Shown: positions 8,139-20,549 of the stretch, one piece after another
Layout: each line of letters begins with the position of its first letter
Position numbering within the stretch: the stretch's first letter is position 1
DNA from: Alphaproteobacteria bacterium
Lineage (GTDB): Bacteria; Pseudomonadota; Alphaproteobacteria; RF32; CAG-239
Reading direction: 5' to 3'
Length of the DNA stretch: 64,000 bases
NCBI GenBank assembly: GCA_015062235.1
Contig: SUUZ01000004.1
Location: 17,497-81,496, forward strand
Position numbers and translations under genes: made by a program
The notes under the pieces: generated by a model
Told to the model about the DNA's origin: nothing
Seen by the model: the letters and a program-made list of their open reading frames with translations, nothing else
Database searches by the model: none

Positions 8139-10721
8139 TTATTTGGATTTTACTATTTCTAATCCACCATTTAAAACAATTATGTCAGCGCTATCGTTAT
8201 CGCCTATTTCGCCATTTAATATTTTGATAGCTAATTTGTTTTCAATATTGTTTTTTAATAGACGTTTTAGCGGACGTGCACCATAAATAGAATCATAACC
8301 ATTGTTTACAATCCAAACAAAAGCTGTATCATGAACATTAAGTTTTATATTATGTGTTTGAAGTCGCTTTTCAATAAGCTCTATTTGGATTTTTGCAATT
8401 TCTTTAATATTTGATTTATCAAGCTTGTGGAATATTGTAATTTCGTCAATTCGGTTAATGAATTCTGGACGAAACGATGCTTTAACAATATCCATAACTT
8501 GGGCTCGAATCTTTTTACCATCATCAGCACCAGTTGCATTGCTTAAAATTTCTGAGCCTAGATTTGATGTCATAATTATAAGCGTATTTTTAAAATCTAC
8601 TGTGCGACCTTTACCATCAGTTAATCGTCCATCATCTAGAACTTGTAGCAATATATTAAATACATCTGGATGAGCTTTTTCAATTTCATCAAATAAGATG
8701 ACTTGATATGGACGTCTCCTAACAGCTTCTGTTAAAAAACCTCCTTCATCATATCCAACATATCCTGGAGGCGAACCAATCAATCGGGCAACAGAATGTT
8801 TTTCCATATATTCTGACATATCAACTCGTAAAATAGCCCGTTCATCATTGAATAAAAATTCTGCTACAGCTTTACTTAATTCTGTTTTACCAACACCAGT
8901 GGGACCAAGAAACAGAAAAGATCCTATTGGTTGATTGGCGTCTGAAATACCTGCTCGAGAACGTCTAATTGCATTTGATATTGCAGAAATAGCTTCTTTT
9001 TGCCCAATAACACGTCTACTTAAAAAATCTTCCATTTTTAGAAGCTTTTCTCTTTCGCCGCCTAGCATCTTGTCAACAGGAATACCTGTACGTTTAGAAA
9101 CAATGGCTGCAATATTCTCTTCATCTACCGTTTCGCTAAAACTATTGTGTTTGTTTTTATCTTTATCTTCAGCCTTTTCTATTTTCTTTTCCAATTCGGG
9201 AATAATACTATATTGCAACTCCCCTGCTCGTTCCAGCATTCCTTCTCGTTTAGCTATTTCAACCTCATTACGTGCTTTATCTAGTTTGTCTTTTAGAACT
9301 GTGTAATTTGCTAAGCCTTGTTTGTCTTCACGCCAACGATCTTCTAGTCCTTTAGCTTTTGCTTCTAATCCTGAAATCTCATAATTTATAAGCTCTAGAC
9401 GTTCACGTGATTTACTGTCATTTTCTTTTTTTAGCCCTTCTCGTTCAATCTTAAGCTGTAAAATGCGCCTGTCTAACTCGTCAAGCTCTTCTGGTTTAGA
9501 ATCTATTGTCATTCTAAGGGCGCTTGCAGCTTCATCCATAAGATCAATAGCTTTGTCTGGAAGAAAACGGTCTGAAATATAACGATTAGATAGTGTTGCA
9601 GCAGCAATTAAGGCGCTATCTGCAATTTTAACACCATGATGCAATTCAAACTTTTCTTTTATTCCACGCAATATTGATATTGTATCTTCAACTGTTGGCT
9701 CGGCAATATAAATTTCTTGAAAACGTCGTGCTAAAGCAGCATCTTTTTCGACATATTTTTTATACTCATTAAGAGTTGTAGCTCCCATACAATGAAGTTC
9801 ACCTCTAGCTAATGCTGGCTTTAATAAGTTTGATGCATCTAAAGCTCCTTCCGTTGCTCCAGCTCCAACGAGAGTATGCATTTCATCAATAAATAAAATT
9901 ATTTCTCCATTTGATGCTTCTATATCTTTTAATACAGCTTTTAATCTTTCTTCAAATTCCCCCCTAAATTTAGCTCCAGCAATTAAAGCTCCTAAGTCAA
10001 GTGCTAATAGTCTCTTTCCTTTTAGACTTTCTGGAACATCATTATTTATAATTCTGATAGCCATTCCTTCAACAATAGCTGTTTTACCAACACCTGGCTC
10101 ACCAATAAGTAAAGGATTATTTTTAGTACGCCTAGAAAGCACTTGAATAGCTCGTCTAATTTCTTGTTCTCGTCCAATTACGGGGTCTATTTTTCCTTCT
10201 TTGGCTTTTGCAGTAATGTCTATTGTAAACTTTTTTAAGGCATCAAAATTATCTTCACTAGTCTCTGTTTCGGCTAAGCGCCCTTTACGGTATTCATTAA
10301 TTGCTTGATTAAGTTTAGCTGCATTTACTCCTGAACTAACCAAAATATCATAAGCTTCATTTCCAGCTGTCATTGATAAAGCTTGAAGCAATCTTTCTAT
10401 TGTAACAAATTTATCGCTAGATTTATCAGCTAATTTTTCAGCTTCCATCATTAAAGATGTAAATTCTTGACTCATCAATGTTTGAACGGAAGTTCCTGCA
10501 ACTGACGGTAACTTGGTAAAGGCATCTTCTAGTTTTGAACGTATCTGTGTTATACTTCCTCCTGATTTAACAATCAAATCAAGCACAAGTTCATATTTTC
10601 CATCAAGCAGAACTTTTAATAAGTGTAATGGGGTAATATACTGATTTTTATTAGCTGCGGCCAAATTGACTACTGCTTCTATAACTTCTTTTGATTTATT
10701 GGTAAGTTTTTCAAAATCCAT
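8139..10721 (-). CDS. clpB: ATP-dependent chaperone ClpB
   Basis: 860 aa with two AAA+ modules ([16 protein letters not shown] Walker A), a coiled-coil M-domain between them, and an N-terminus [17 protein letters not shown] typical of ClpB. Confidence 0.95.
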   Translation of the reverse strand: MDFEKLTNKSKEVIEAVVNLAAANKNQYITPLHLLKVLLDGKYELVLDLIVKSGGSITQIRSKLEDAFTKLPSVAGTSVQTLMSQEFTSLMMEAEKLADKSSDKFVTIERLLQALSMTAGNEAYDILVSSGVNAAKLNQAINEYRKGRLAETETSEDNFDALKKFTIDITAKAKEGKIDPVIGREQEIRRAIQVLSRRTKNNPLLIGEPGVGKTAIVEGMAIRIINNDVPESLKGKRLLALDLGALIAGAKFRGEFEERLKAVLKDIEASNGEIILFIDEMHTLVGAGATEGALDASNLLKPALARGELHCMGATTLNEYKKYVEKDAALARRFQEIYIAEPTVEDTISILRGIKEKFELHHGVKIADSALIAAATLSNRYISDRFLPDKAIDLMDEAASALRMTIDSKPEELDELDRRILQLKIEREGLKKENDSKSRERLELINYEISGLEAKAKGLEDRWREDKQGLANYTVLKDKLDKARNEVEIAKREGMLERAGELQYSIIPELEKKIEKAEDKDKNKHNSFSETVDEENIAAIVSKRTGIPVDKMLGGEREKLLKMEDFLSRRVIGQKEAISAISNAIRRSRAGISDANQPIGSFLFLGPTGVGKTELSKAVAEFLFNDERAILRVDMSEYMEKHSVARLIGSPPGYVGYDEGGFLTEAVRRRPYQVILFDEIEKAHPDVFNILLQVLDDGRLTDGKGRTVDFKNTLIIMTSNLGSEILSNATGADDGKKIRAQVMDIVKASFRPEFINRIDEITIFHKLDKSNIKEIAKIQIELIEKRLQTHNIKLNVHDTAFVWIVNNGYDSIYGARPLKRLLKNNIENKLAIKILNGEIGDNDSADIIVLNGGLEIVKSK

Positions 10722-10750
10722 AACTAAAATACTCCTTGCTTATACCTATA

Positions 10751-10782
10751 ATATAGGAAACAAGGAGCATTTAAATCAAGAG
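10751..10782 (-). promoter_or_regulatory. RpoH (sigma32)-type heat-shock promoter candidate upstream of clpB (CTTGAT-N16/17-CCTATAT)
   Basis: Minus strand reads CTCTTGATTTAAATGCTCCTTGTTTCCTATATTATAG, matching the alphaproteobacterial sigma32 consensus CTTG-N17-18-CYTATNT. It sits 30-60 nt upstream of the clpB start, and rpoH is encoded nearby. Confidence 0.45.
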
Positions 10783-10790
10783 TTTTGCAA

Positions 10791-11924
10791 TTATTTTTTC
10801 AACAAATTAATAACTACGATATCAGATGGTGCAAATAAGCGCATTTGTGGTCCCCATGCTCCAGCCCCTCTTGATACATACATATCAATACCATTAACTT
10901 TATATTTGCCAGCTAGATAATCATTGGCTTGTTTTACTAACCAATGAAATGGAAATATCTGTCCTCCATGAGTATGACCAGCCAAAACTAAATCCACAAT
11001 ACCATCACTTAGACTATTGATAATAATTGGTGTATGTGAAAGCAAAACTTTGAAATCTTCCTTCTTGGAGGGATTAAGTGTTCGCCAAAAATTGACTCGT
11101 TCAAACATTGTATTCAAATCGGGAATTCCAGCAATAAATACATTTGTATTATTTATATGAACACCACCATTAAATAAAAACTTTAGCCCTAAAGAATCTA
11201 AAACACGCTTTGCGGCATAAACGTCATTATAAAATTCATGATTGCCCATAATACTGTATGTACCATAAGGAGCGCTAATTTCCTTTAGCATATTAAGTTG
11301 CTCTTCAATTAGAAAAACATTATCATCTATTGTATCACCTGTTAAAACAACAACATCGGGATTAAGCATATTAACTTGTTCAACTAATTGACGTAATCTT
11401 GTTGTTGATGTAGCCCGTGTAATGTGAAGATCACTTAACTGAATAATTCTTAGATTTGAATTTATTTTATCTGAATATATAAACTCTTCATGAACTTGAG
11501 GTAGTTTATTTCCTTCATATATGGCATAAGCGCAAACCATTATACTAAATAAAATTACGATAAAGTTTGCTTTACTTAAAAGGGATACATTCTTAGGATC
11601 AATATGCCAACCATCGTTTTTTAAAAGTTTTGCAATGCCAAAAATTGTATACCAAACAATATCTCGCATCATAATAACGATGAATAAGATAAATACAAAG
11701 CCCATTAAATAATAAAGACCATTTGCAACAATAGGATATGCTTCTGCATTTAGGATGTTGTACTTACGGATAAAACCGACAATCAAGAATGCAAACCATC
11801 CTAAAACAACTACTGTACCAACTATCAATTTATAGACGAGTTTCAAATCAGTATAACCGACAAGTGTCCTGATAGTAATTATAGAACAAGCTACTGCGAC
11901 AATTAATCCTGCAAGAAAAAACAC
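10791..11924 (-). CDS. membrane-anchored calcineurin-like metallophosphoesterase
   Basis: N-terminal TM helices, then LSDLHI, GDTIDD, GNHEFY and GHTHGG metallophosphoesterase motifs. Confidence 0.8.
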   Translation of the reverse strand: MFFLAGLIVAVACSIITIRTLVGYTDLKLVYKLIVGTVVVLGWFAFLIVGFIRKYNILNAEAYPIVANGLYYLMGFVFILFIVIMMRDIVWYTIFGIAKLLKNDGWHIDPKNVSLLSKANFIVILFSIMVCAYAIYEGNKLPQVHEEFIYSDKINSNLRIIQLSDLHITRATSTTRLRQLVEQVNMLNPDVVVLTGDTIDDNVFLIEEQLNMLKEISAPYGTYSIMGNHEFYNDVYAAKRVLDSLGLKFLFNGGVHINNTNVFIAGIPDLNTMFERVNFWRTLNPSKKEDFKVLLSHTPIIINSLSDGIVDLVLAGHTHGGQIFPFHWLVKQANDYLAGKYKVNGIDMYVSRGAGAWGPQMRLFAPSDIVVINLLKK

Positions 11925-11938
11925 CTCACAAATCTCCT

Positions 11939-12445
11939 TTACTGATTAGCTACCGTTTCTTCATTAGCCTTTTTAGCTCTTGGTTTAGAAGCTCTTTTTG
12001 TCTTTGGAGCTTCTTTAGTAACATCAATAACCGTAAATGATTTTTTAGAAACTTTAGGCTTTGTTTCAACTAGCACTTCTTTAGCTGTTTCAACCTCTTT
12101 GACTTCAGTTTTTTTGTCATTAACTTCCATAGATGTTTCTTGTTCTTCTTTTATTTCAGAATTTTCAACATTTTGCTCAACTTCTTTATTATTGACAAAA
12201 CGTAAATTTTTACGTTCATTAATTTCTGTCACAATCTTACGATAGTGCTCAGCATACTGACGAAAAACTTCTGCTTCAACATAATTACCATTACTTTGAG
12301 CTTCTTTAGCTAGCTCATTGTATCTTTTTATTAAATCAAGGGCTGTGCCACAACACTTACCAGCTGGTGAAACACTATCAAATTTATAGTTAATAGAATA
12401 AACTTGATTGTTAAAATTATTATTGCGATATTTAATTTTCTTCAT
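11939..12445 (-). CDS. DUF4167-family conserved alphaproteobacterial protein
   Basis: GNYVEAEVFRQYAEHYRKIV matches the DUF4167 core (..AENYLQHAEHY.RI.). It sits in the conserved prmC-DUF4167-clpB position. The start was chosen at MKKIKY (the ORF-track start at 12499 is probably too long). Confidence 0.6.
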   Translation of the reverse strand: MKKIKYRNNNFNNQVYSINYKFDSVSPAGKCCGTALDLIKRYNELAKEAQSNGNYVEAEVFRQYAEHYRKIVTEINERKNLRFVNNKEVEQNVENSEIKEEQETSMEVNDKKTEVKEVETAKEVLVETKPKVSKKSFTVIDVTKEAPKTKRASKPRAKKANEETVANQ

Positions 12446-12584
12446 AAACAAATTACCATAAAAAACTGTGCACCTTAAAGATGCTGATAACCAAAACAAA
12501 AAATTGAAAAATATGTAATGCTAAAACAAAAAACTTAAGCATTTAACACTTGAGTATAATAATCAATCTTTTAACAAATGCAAA

Positions 12585-13436
12585 CTATTTTTTTAAAATT
12601 ATACAGCGCTCAATATTATTTAAATCTTTTACAACATCAATAGCTTTTAACCCATTATTATTGCCTATTTTAATAATATCACTCGCTTGATCAATTCCAG
12701 CCTCTAAGATAAGTATACCACTATTTTTCAATAAAGATGGCACTATTTCTATAATTTGACGATAGTCACGTAGCCCATCGCTTCCACCATCTAATGCTAA
12801 TATAGGATCAAAAATTTTTACTTCTTTATCTAGGGAATTAATATCTTGTGTTGGAATATACGGAGGATTGCTAATAATTAAATCAAAAAGTTTATCCTGT
12901 GTTTGCCAAAGGTCATCAAACCAACTTATATTTTTTAGCTCTAGCCTATCACTAACTCCGATTTTTTTTGCATTCTTCTTACATATAGTCAAAGCTTTTG
13001 GCGATATATCAACCCCCAAACCTTGAGCTAAGGGCAAATCAGACAGCAATGAAATTATAATACAACCTGAACCAACACCAAATTCTAAAATATTTGTATT
13101 TGTGGTTCTATCTATGTTTTTTAATGCCTGTTCAACCAATATTTCCGTGTCTGATCTGGGCGATAATACATCTTGGTTTACAATAAAATCATGTTTATAA
13201 AAACCTTTATAACCTAATATTTTATCAACAGGACAAAATGAAGCCCTCTGTTCAATCATTTCATTAAACTTATTTAAAGTATCTTGAGAAATATTGTCAT
13301 GAAAAAAACGCAAATTGCCAACCTCAATATTTAATAGGTTGGCCAACATTAATTTTAATTCAAAATTTGATGATTTTACACCTTTGTCTTCTAAGTAACG
13401 TAATTTTTCTTTTATAATTTCTTGAATATTTTGCAA
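12585..13436 (-). CDS. prmC: release factor glutamine N5-methyltransferase PrmC (HemK)
   Basis: 283 aa with the NPPY motif (ISNPPYIPT) and an SAM-binding GVGSGCI fold. Confidence 0.85.
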   Translation of the reverse strand: MQNIQEIIKEKLRYLEDKGVKSSNFELKLMLANLLNIEVGNLRFFHDNISQDTLNKFNEMIEQRASFCPVDKILGYKGFYKHDFIVNQDVLSPRSDTEILVEQALKNIDRTTNTNILEFGVGSGCIIISLLSDLPLAQGLGVDISPKALTICKKNAKKIGVSDRLELKNISWFDDLWQTQDKLFDLIISNPPYIPTQDINSLDKEVKIFDPILALDGGSDGLRDYRQIIEIVPSLLKNSGILILEAGIDQASDIIKIGNNNGLKAIDVVKDLNNIERCIILKK

Positions 13437-13507
13437 AGTTATATCTCTATTTCAGGCAACAAAAAAGCATCTTTACCTACCAAGATGCAATAAAAAAACA
13501 AATAAAA

Positions 13508-13708
13508 TCAATTTTGATTATTGGAATACTCTGTATAATTATGACGCCATAAAAATGCATCGGTAGTAGTCGCATCTTCGCCACGCACTTTTCTTAGGCG
13601 AAGAGCCATACGTTTAACTAAGGACGGCATGTCACAACCATGATCTTTTTTTTCTTTTTCAGACCACAATGTAAAGTTCATAGTATTATTAACAGAACGA
13701 GCAACCAT
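13508..13708 (-). CDS. small hypothetical protein (66 aa) immediately downstream of rpoH
   Basis: GGGAAGG SD 7 nt before the ATG and a hairpin+T terminator after the stop. No recognisable family. Confidence 0.4.
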   Translation of the reverse strand: MVARSVNNTMNFTLWSEKEKKDHGCDMPSLVKRMALRLRKVRGEDATTTDAFLWRHNYTEYSNNQN

Positions 13709-13746
13709 TTTAATGCCTTCCCTTTTGTTGCATTTTTGTTAGTCTA

Positions 13747-14640
13747 TCATTTTTTTACAGAAATTGCAAGTAAAACCATTTGTTTAAGTTTCTTTAAAGC
13801 AACTTCTTCAATTTGCCTTACTCGTTCGCGACTAACATTTAGTTGTTCACCAATTTCGCTTAAAGTCTTAGGCTCACTAACCATTAGACGATTTCTTATA
13901 ACAAGTTGTTCACGCTCATTTAACTGTTTTAGACAATTGCGCAACACTTCTTTTTTGTACTCAACTTCTTGCTTGTTGGCTAATTTTTCTTCAATATTTT
14001 GACTCTTATCAACCAAAAAGTCGAGTCGTTCGCTTTCATCTTCATCTGAAATAGTTACATTTAATGAACTATCGCCCCCAAGACGCATATTCATTTCTTT
14101 AACATCGCTCTCATCAACAACTAGCTCTCTAGCTATAGCTTTAACTTCTTGAGGCGCTAAGTCTTTATTGTCATAAAGACCCAGACGTGCTTTAATTTTC
14201 TTTAAATTGTAAAAAAGCTTTTTTTGTGCAGCACTTGTTCCTAGCTTTACTAGTGACCAAGAGCGCAAGATATAATCATTAATCGCAGCCTTAATCCACC
14301 AAATAGCATATGTAGCCAAGCGAACTTTTTTTGATAAATCAAACTTTTTAACGGCTTGCATTAGACCAATATTTGCTTCAGATATGATGTCAGCTAGGGG
14401 CAACCCATAACTACGATAAGTCATAGCAATTTTTGCAGCTAGACGCAAGTGAGAGGTAACCAGTACTTGCGCTGCTTGCATATCACCTTTTTGATGCAAG
14501 TCATTGATTAGTTGGGTTTCTTGTTCCTCTGTTAATACAGGAAAAGTTTTAATCTTATCCAAATACGCAACCAACGAATTGTCATTAACAATCGCTGGCA
14601 AATTACATTTTTTAACTACAAGACCTTTTTCACAACTCAT
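13747..14640 (-). CDS. rpoH: RNA polymerase sigma-32 factor RpoH
   Basis: Sigma70 regions 2-4, with the RpoH box QKKLFYNLKKIK and a DLHQKGD...LVTSHLRLAAKIA region 2. Confidence 0.9.
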   Translation of the reverse strand: MSCEKGLVVKKCNLPAIVNDNSLVAYLDKIKTFPVLTEEQETQLINDLHQKGDMQAAQVLVTSHLRLAAKIAMTYRSYGLPLADIISEANIGLMQAVKKFDLSKKVRLATYAIWWIKAAINDYILRSWSLVKLGTSAAQKKLFYNLKKIKARLGLYDNKDLAPQEVKAIARELVVDESDVKEMNMRLGGDSSLNVTISDEDESERLDFLVDKSQNIEEKLANKQEVEYKKEVLRNCLKQLNEREQLVIRNRLMVSEPKTLSEIGEQLNVSRERVRQIEEVALKKLKQMVLLAISVKK

Positions 14641-14747
14641 AAATCACGCCTTCATAACTACAATAAATATAATATAGGATAAAGTAGTTCCAATATCAAT
14701 ATTTAGCGAATGATTATGCTATATCATTTTTTCTAAATTCGCAAGCT

Positions 14748-15344
14748 TTATTGTGGTCTAAAAATAAAACGAGGAGCTTCTTTTTCTAAAAAGTTGAGAA
14801 TTTCTACGATAATCTGATCTCCTGCATCGTACATAAGCAAATAAAGCTGATTCTCGGAAACAGGATTACTATTGTAGCAAACCTTAATATTTTTACTTTC
14901 TATTCCACCATTTACTTTTAATTCGATTATTTTTGCTGCAATCAACGGATTATTATTACCATTTACATTGTCAAGTTTAACATCCTCAAAATCTGCAATA
15001 TTTCTTAATGTCAATTCAATTTTTCTTCTTTCATTGATAGATGCACGATTGTTGGATATATATGGTTCTAATGTCGACCTTACTTGCTCAGCTAGTTTAG
15101 CATCATTACACGCTGGTTTGATGTTGACCTTTGTGTCAGTAATATGTTCCCTATTTTTGTTGTCAATTTCTACAACAAAACTCTTATAAGGAAAGCCGAA
15201 AGCATTAACTTCTTCTTCTGGTTCAATCTCAACATCTTTTATATCAACCTTTTTAGCTTTAGGCAAAGCATCTAAGTTGATTTTTTGTGCATAAACCTCA
15301 CTAGCAAACAACAAACTTAAAAATAATATCGCTAGATTTTTCAT
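14748..15344 (-). CDS. hypothetical secreted protein (signal peptide, 198 aa)
   Basis: N-terminal signal peptide MKNLAILFLSLLFASEVYA. No known motif. Confidence 0.5.
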   Translation of the reverse strand: MKNLAILFLSLLFASEVYAQKINLDALPKAKKVDIKDVEIEPEEEVNAFGFPYKSFVVEIDNKNREHITDTKVNIKPACNDAKLAEQVRSTLEPYISNNRASINERRKIELTLRNIADFEDVKLDNVNGNNNPLIAAKIIELKVNGGIESKNIKVCYNSNPVSENQLYLLMYDAGDQIIVEILNFLEKEAPRFIFRPQ

Positions 15345-15357
15345 TAATTCTAACTCC

Positions 15358-16746
15358 TTAAAAACTTATAGATTTAGGTGTGCGAGGAAAAGGAAGCACA
15401 TCTCTAATATTACCAATTCCTGTTAGCAACATCATCATTCTTTCAAAACCCAAACCAAAACCAGCATGCGGAACCGAACCATAACGACGAGAATCTAGAT
15501 ACCAGTCATAATCTTGCTCGGTCATTCCCATTTCTTTGATACGCTGAACCAAAATATCAAGCCTTTCTTCACGCTGAGACCCTCCTATAAGTTCGCCAAT
15601 ACCTGGGACAAGGACATCCATAGCTGCAACCGTCTTTCCGTCATCATTCAAACGCATATAAAATGCTTTGATTTCTTTAGGATAGTCGCGAACAATAACG
15701 GGGCGTTTAAAATGAACTTCTGCTAAATAGCGTTCGTGTTCGGTTTGCATATCAATACCAAATTCTGGAATATATTCAAATTTATGCCCTGATGCTTTCA
15801 TAATATCAATAGCTTCGGAATATGTAATCCTAGCAAAACCGCTATCCAATATATTTTTGAGTTTATCTAAGAGACCTGGTTCAACGAATTTATCAAACAA
15901 AGCTAAATCATCAGCACAAGTATTCATGACATGTCTAATACAGAATTTAACCATATCCTCGGCTAAATCCATATCATCAAAAATATCGGCAAAGGCCATT
16001 TCTGGTTCAATCATCCAAAATTCTGCGGCATGGCGAGTTGTATTGGAATTTTCAGCCCTAAAAGTTGGACCAAAAGTATAAATATCACCCAAGGCGCAAG
16101 CATACATTTCGCCATTTAGCTGACCAGACACTGTCAAATGAGCTTCTTTACCAAAAAAGTCTTGCGAATAGTCAATTTTGCCATCAGATGTACGTGGCGG
16201 ATTGCTCATATCAAGAGTTGTAACTTGAAACATTTCGCCTGCACCCTCACAATCTGACCCAGTAATAATTGGTGTGTGAACGTAGCGAAAGCCTCTTTCA
16301 TTAAAAAATTTATGAATAGCAAACGAAAGTTCTGAACGAACTCTAAAAGCAGCTCCATATTTGTTAGAACGAGGACGTAAATGAGCTATAGTACGCAAAT
16401 ATTCATCAGTATGCTTTTTCTTCTGTAAGGGATAATCTTCTGGAGCCAAAGAGTAAATTTCGATATTTTCAGCTTTTACTTCAAACTTTTGATTACCACC
16501 TTGTGAAGCAACCAAAGCACCTTTAATAGCAACAGATGAACCTGTTGTAAGCTTTTTTATTGCTTCATAATTTGATAGATTATTGGGCGCAATTACTTGA
16601 ATATTTTTTAGGCAAGAACCGTCGTTAACCTCAACAAATGAGAAATCTTTAGCATCACGACGCGTCTTAACCCAGCCCTTTAACAAAACTTCATCAATAG
16701 GTTGTTCTGCTTGTAATAATCTAGCAATTTTAGTTCTTCTTAACAT
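15358..16746 (-). CDS. asnS: asparagine--tRNA ligase (class IIb)
   Basis: 462 aa (AsnRS size; AspRS is ~590). [24 protein letters not shown] matches the AsnRS motif 2 region, with an N-terminal OB anticodon-binding domain. Confidence 0.8.
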   Translation of the reverse strand: MLRRTKIARLLQAEQPIDEVLLKGWVKTRRDAKDFSFVEVNDGSCLKNIQVIAPNNLSNYEAIKKLTTGSSVAIKGALVASQGGNQKFEVKAENIEIYSLAPEDYPLQKKKHTDEYLRTIAHLRPRSNKYGAAFRVRSELSFAIHKFFNERGFRYVHTPIITGSDCEGAGEMFQVTTLDMSNPPRTSDGKIDYSQDFFGKEAHLTVSGQLNGEMYACALGDIYTFGPTFRAENSNTTRHAAEFWMIEPEMAFADIFDDMDLAEDMVKFCIRHVMNTCADDLALFDKFVEPGLLDKLKNILDSGFARITYSEAIDIMKASGHKFEYIPEFGIDMQTEHERYLAEVHFKRPVIVRDYPKEIKAFYMRLNDDGKTVAAMDVLVPGIGELIGGSQREERLDILVQRIKEMGMTEQDYDWYLDSRRYGSVPHAGFGLGFERMMMLLTGIGNIRDVLPFPRTPKSISF

Positions 16747-16890
16747 ATTATATCAAATCCTTAACACATTCATTTACTACATTTCTTGAAACTATATTAC
16801 AGCTTTGGTAAAATGTCCAGCATTGACAAATATTATTCTACAGATTAGATTAAAAATCACAATTATAATCTTTTTAGCGAGGGTATAAAA

Positions 16891-17343
16891 ATGAAAAATA
16901 AACTTTTGGCTGCTAGTGCTTTTGTGTTTTTAGCAACTGCTTGTGCTCCAAACATTAATTCTAATCATTATGCAACTTCTTCCACGGGCGCTGTTGGTCA
17001 AGTTCTCGCTTGTACAGTAGTTAGTGTGCGTCAAGTTAATGTATCGTCTTCAGATTCATCAACAGGTGCTGTTTTGGGTGCTATTGGTGGTGGTGTTGCT
17101 GGTTCAACCATTGGTCATGGGCGTGGTAGTTTACTTGGTGCCTTGGGAGGTGCAGCATTAGGTGGTTTAGCTGGTGAATACGCTCAAGAAGGTCTAAGTC
17201 GTCAGGCTGGTGTTGAATATATTGTAAAATTAGATAATGGAACAATGCGCACCATCACACAAGGAACAGATGTTTATATGCAACCAGGACAAAAATGTTA
17301 TTTATTGTATGGCGATCAATCGCGTATAATTCCTGCCAATTAA
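16891..17343 (+). CDS. glycine-zipper outer-membrane lipoprotein (Rickettsia 17-kDa antigen / SlyB-like)
   Basis: Lipoprotein signal with ATAC lipobox, a Gly-zipper GAVLGAIGGGVAGSTIGHGRGSLLGALGGAALGGLAG, and a C-terminal conserved tail. Confidence 0.75.
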   Translation: MKNKLLAASAFVFLATACAPNINSNHYATSSTGAVGQVLACTVVSVRQVNVSSSDSSTGAVLGAIGGGVAGSTIGHGRGSLLGALGGAALGGLAGEYAQEGLSRQAGVEYIVKLDNGTMRTITQGTDVYMQPGQKCYLLYGDQSRIIPAN

Positions 17344-17403
17344 CGTTATAAAAATAAGGGCGTTTATGATAAACGCCCTTATTTTTATACAAATTTAGCT
17401 TTA

Positions 17404-18612
17404 CTATTTCTTCAAAACCACAACGCCAGGTAGCTCTTTACCTTCCATCCATTCAAGGAAGGCACCACCAGCTGTTGAAATATAAGAAAACTTCTTTTCA
17501 ACACCAGCGTTAGCTAGAGCAGAAACTGTATCGCCACCACCAGCAACAGACATCAATTTGCCATTTGAAGTAAGTTCAGCAGCATGTTCTGCAACAGCAT
17601 TTGTTGCTGTGTCAAAAGGTTTCATTTCAAACACACCCAAGGGTCCATTCCAAACGAGTGTTGCACTTTCATCTAGTTCAGCATTAATTGCAGCTATAGT
17701 CTTAGCTCCAACATCAAGCAAGCTCCAACCCTCAGCAGGAATATCTGCCAACTCAACGGTTCTGTGTTCAGCCATTGGTTTAAATTCCTTAGATACAACG
17801 ACATCTAAAGGTAAAATAATTTTGCAATTATTTGCTTTAGCTGTTGCCATAATTTCTTTTGCTGTGTCCAACATATCCATCTGAACCAACGAGTTTGCCT
17901 CATTAACGGTGTCAATACCATTTGCTTTCATAAAGGTATGAGCCATACCACCAGAAATGACCAATTTATCAACTTTTTTTACCAAATTATTTAACAAATC
18001 TAGTTTTGTTGAAACTTTCGATCCTCCAACAATGGCAATCAATGGACGTTTTGGATCATTAAGTCCTTTAGATAAAGCATTTACTTCTTCTTCCATCAAA
18101 CGACCAAAAGCTGATGGACGCATTTTAACAGCAGCAACCATAGATGCGTGATCACGATGAGCTGTTGAAAAAGCATCTGTTACATAAGCATCAACATGAG
18201 CTACCAATTCTTTAGCAAAATTTTCATCACCTTTCTTTTCTTCTTTATAAAAACGAAGATTTTCAAGCAACAAAACTTCATCAGCATTCATATTTTTAAT
18301 TGCATCAGCAACTTCATTACCGATACAGTCAGCAACAAAAACAACTTTCTTGCCCAAAGATTTTTCCAAATCTTTAACAATATGAGATAATGAATTTGCC
18401 ATATCGCCTTTGCCTTCAGGACGACCAAGGTGGGAAGTAACAACAACCTTAGCCCCTTTAGACATCAACTCTTTAATTGTTGGAACTGTACGATCAATAC
18501 GAGCGGTATTTGTTACTTCAAAATTTTCGTTCATAGGAACATTTAAATCAGCACGAAGCATAACAACTTTACCATTCAAGTCGCCCAAATCATCAATAGT
18601 TTTATATGACAT
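17404..18612 (-). CDS. pgk: phosphoglycerate kinase
   Basis: 402 aa, typical PGK N- and C-domains (MLRADLNVP..., GGGDT...). Confidence 0.95.
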   Translation of the reverse strand: MSYKTIDDLGDLNGKVVMLRADLNVPMNENFEVTNTARIDRTVPTIKELMSKGAKVVVTSHLGRPEGKGDMANSLSHIVKDLEKSLGKKVVFVADCIGNEVADAIKNMNADEVLLLENLRFYKEEKKGDENFAKELVAHVDAYVTDAFSTAHRDHASMVAAVKMRPSAFGRLMEEEVNALSKGLNDPKRPLIAIVGGSKVSTKLDLLNNLVKKVDKLVISGGMAHTFMKANGIDTVNEANSLVQMDMLDTAKEIMATAKANNCKIILPLDVVVSKEFKPMAEHRTVELADIPAEGWSLLDVGAKTIAAINAELDESATLVWNGPLGVFEMKPFDTATNAVAEHAAELTSNGKLMSVAGGGDTVSALANAGVEKKFSYISTAGGAFLEWMEGKELPGVVVLKK

Positions 18613-18675
18613 TTATTTTTCCTTTATAAAAAAACATTAACCCCTGACATAATATGACAGGGGTTATATTATCAA

Positions 18676-19752
<1,077 letters not shown>

Positions 19753-19898
19753 TTAATTTAGCATTGTATGATTTTTTTTCAAGTTATTTTTGATAATTTT
19801 CACATTGGTTTCTTAAACCATACTAAGCAACAAAAAAGTGCCTTCTTGACGATAATTAGTTAAATAGATACCATTTGGGTGATTGCGGAGAAAAAGAA

Positions 19899-20549
19899 AT
19901 GACAACAACTTTAACAAAATATACCCCAAAGGAAGAATTATGGAATTGTATTATTCACGGTATTGGTATTGGGTTAAGTATCGCAGGACTAGTTTTATTG
20001 GCTGTTTTTTCTTCTATTTATGGTGATGTATGGGTTATTGTTTCAACTATCGTTTTTGGGATTAGCATGACTATTTTATATACTGCTTCCACACTTTATC
20101 ACGCATTTAAAGATGAACGCATTAAACGAGCGTTGAAAAAATTTGACCATATATCAATATATTACCTGATTGCTGGAACATATACACCTTTTTTACTAGT
20201 TAGCCTTAGAGGGGTTACTGGATGGATTTTGTTTGGAATAATTTGGGGATTGGCTATATTAGGAACAATCTTGAAGCTTATAACATCAGGTAGTGGAACT
20301 AAAATTTGGTCAATTTCTTTGTATTTAGCAATGGGGTGGTTGATTATCTTTGCTTCAAAATCTTTGGCCAAAGCAGTCCCTGATTTAGGACTAATCTTTT
20401 TAGTCTTAGGTGGATTGTTCTATACGTTTGGTGTATTGTTTTATATTTGGAAAAGTAAAAAGTATACTCATGCTATTTGGCATTTTTTTGTTTTAACTGG
20501 AACAATAATGCACTTCTTTGCAGTGTTATATTCTTGTGTATTGGTTTAG
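19899..20549 (+). CDS. hemolysin III / PAQR family channel protein
   Basis: 7-TM protein with conserved His residues of the HlyIII/YqfA family (HGIG..., HAIWHFFV). Start chosen at MTTTLTKY after a GGAGAAAAAG SD. Confidence 0.8.
   Translation: MTTTLTKYTPKEELWNCIIHGIGIGLSIAGLVLLAVFSSIYGDVWVIVSTIVFGISMTILYTASTLYHAFKDERIKRALKKFDHISIYYLIAGTYTPFLLVSLRGVTGWILFGIIWGLAILGTILKLITSGSGTKIWSISLYLAMGWLIIFASKSLAKAVPDLGLIFLVLGGLFYTFGVLFYIWKSKKYTHAIWHFFVLTGTIMHFFAVLYSCVLV

Noticed and set aside
8050-10920. Plus-strand ORFs 8050-8286, 8425-8673, 8935-9306 and 10666-10920 overlapping clpB
   Set aside because: All lie antisense inside the strongly supported clpB reading frame or its flanks, have low-complexity Ser/Ile-rich translations and no start signals. 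They are typical shadow ORFs of an AT-rich gene.
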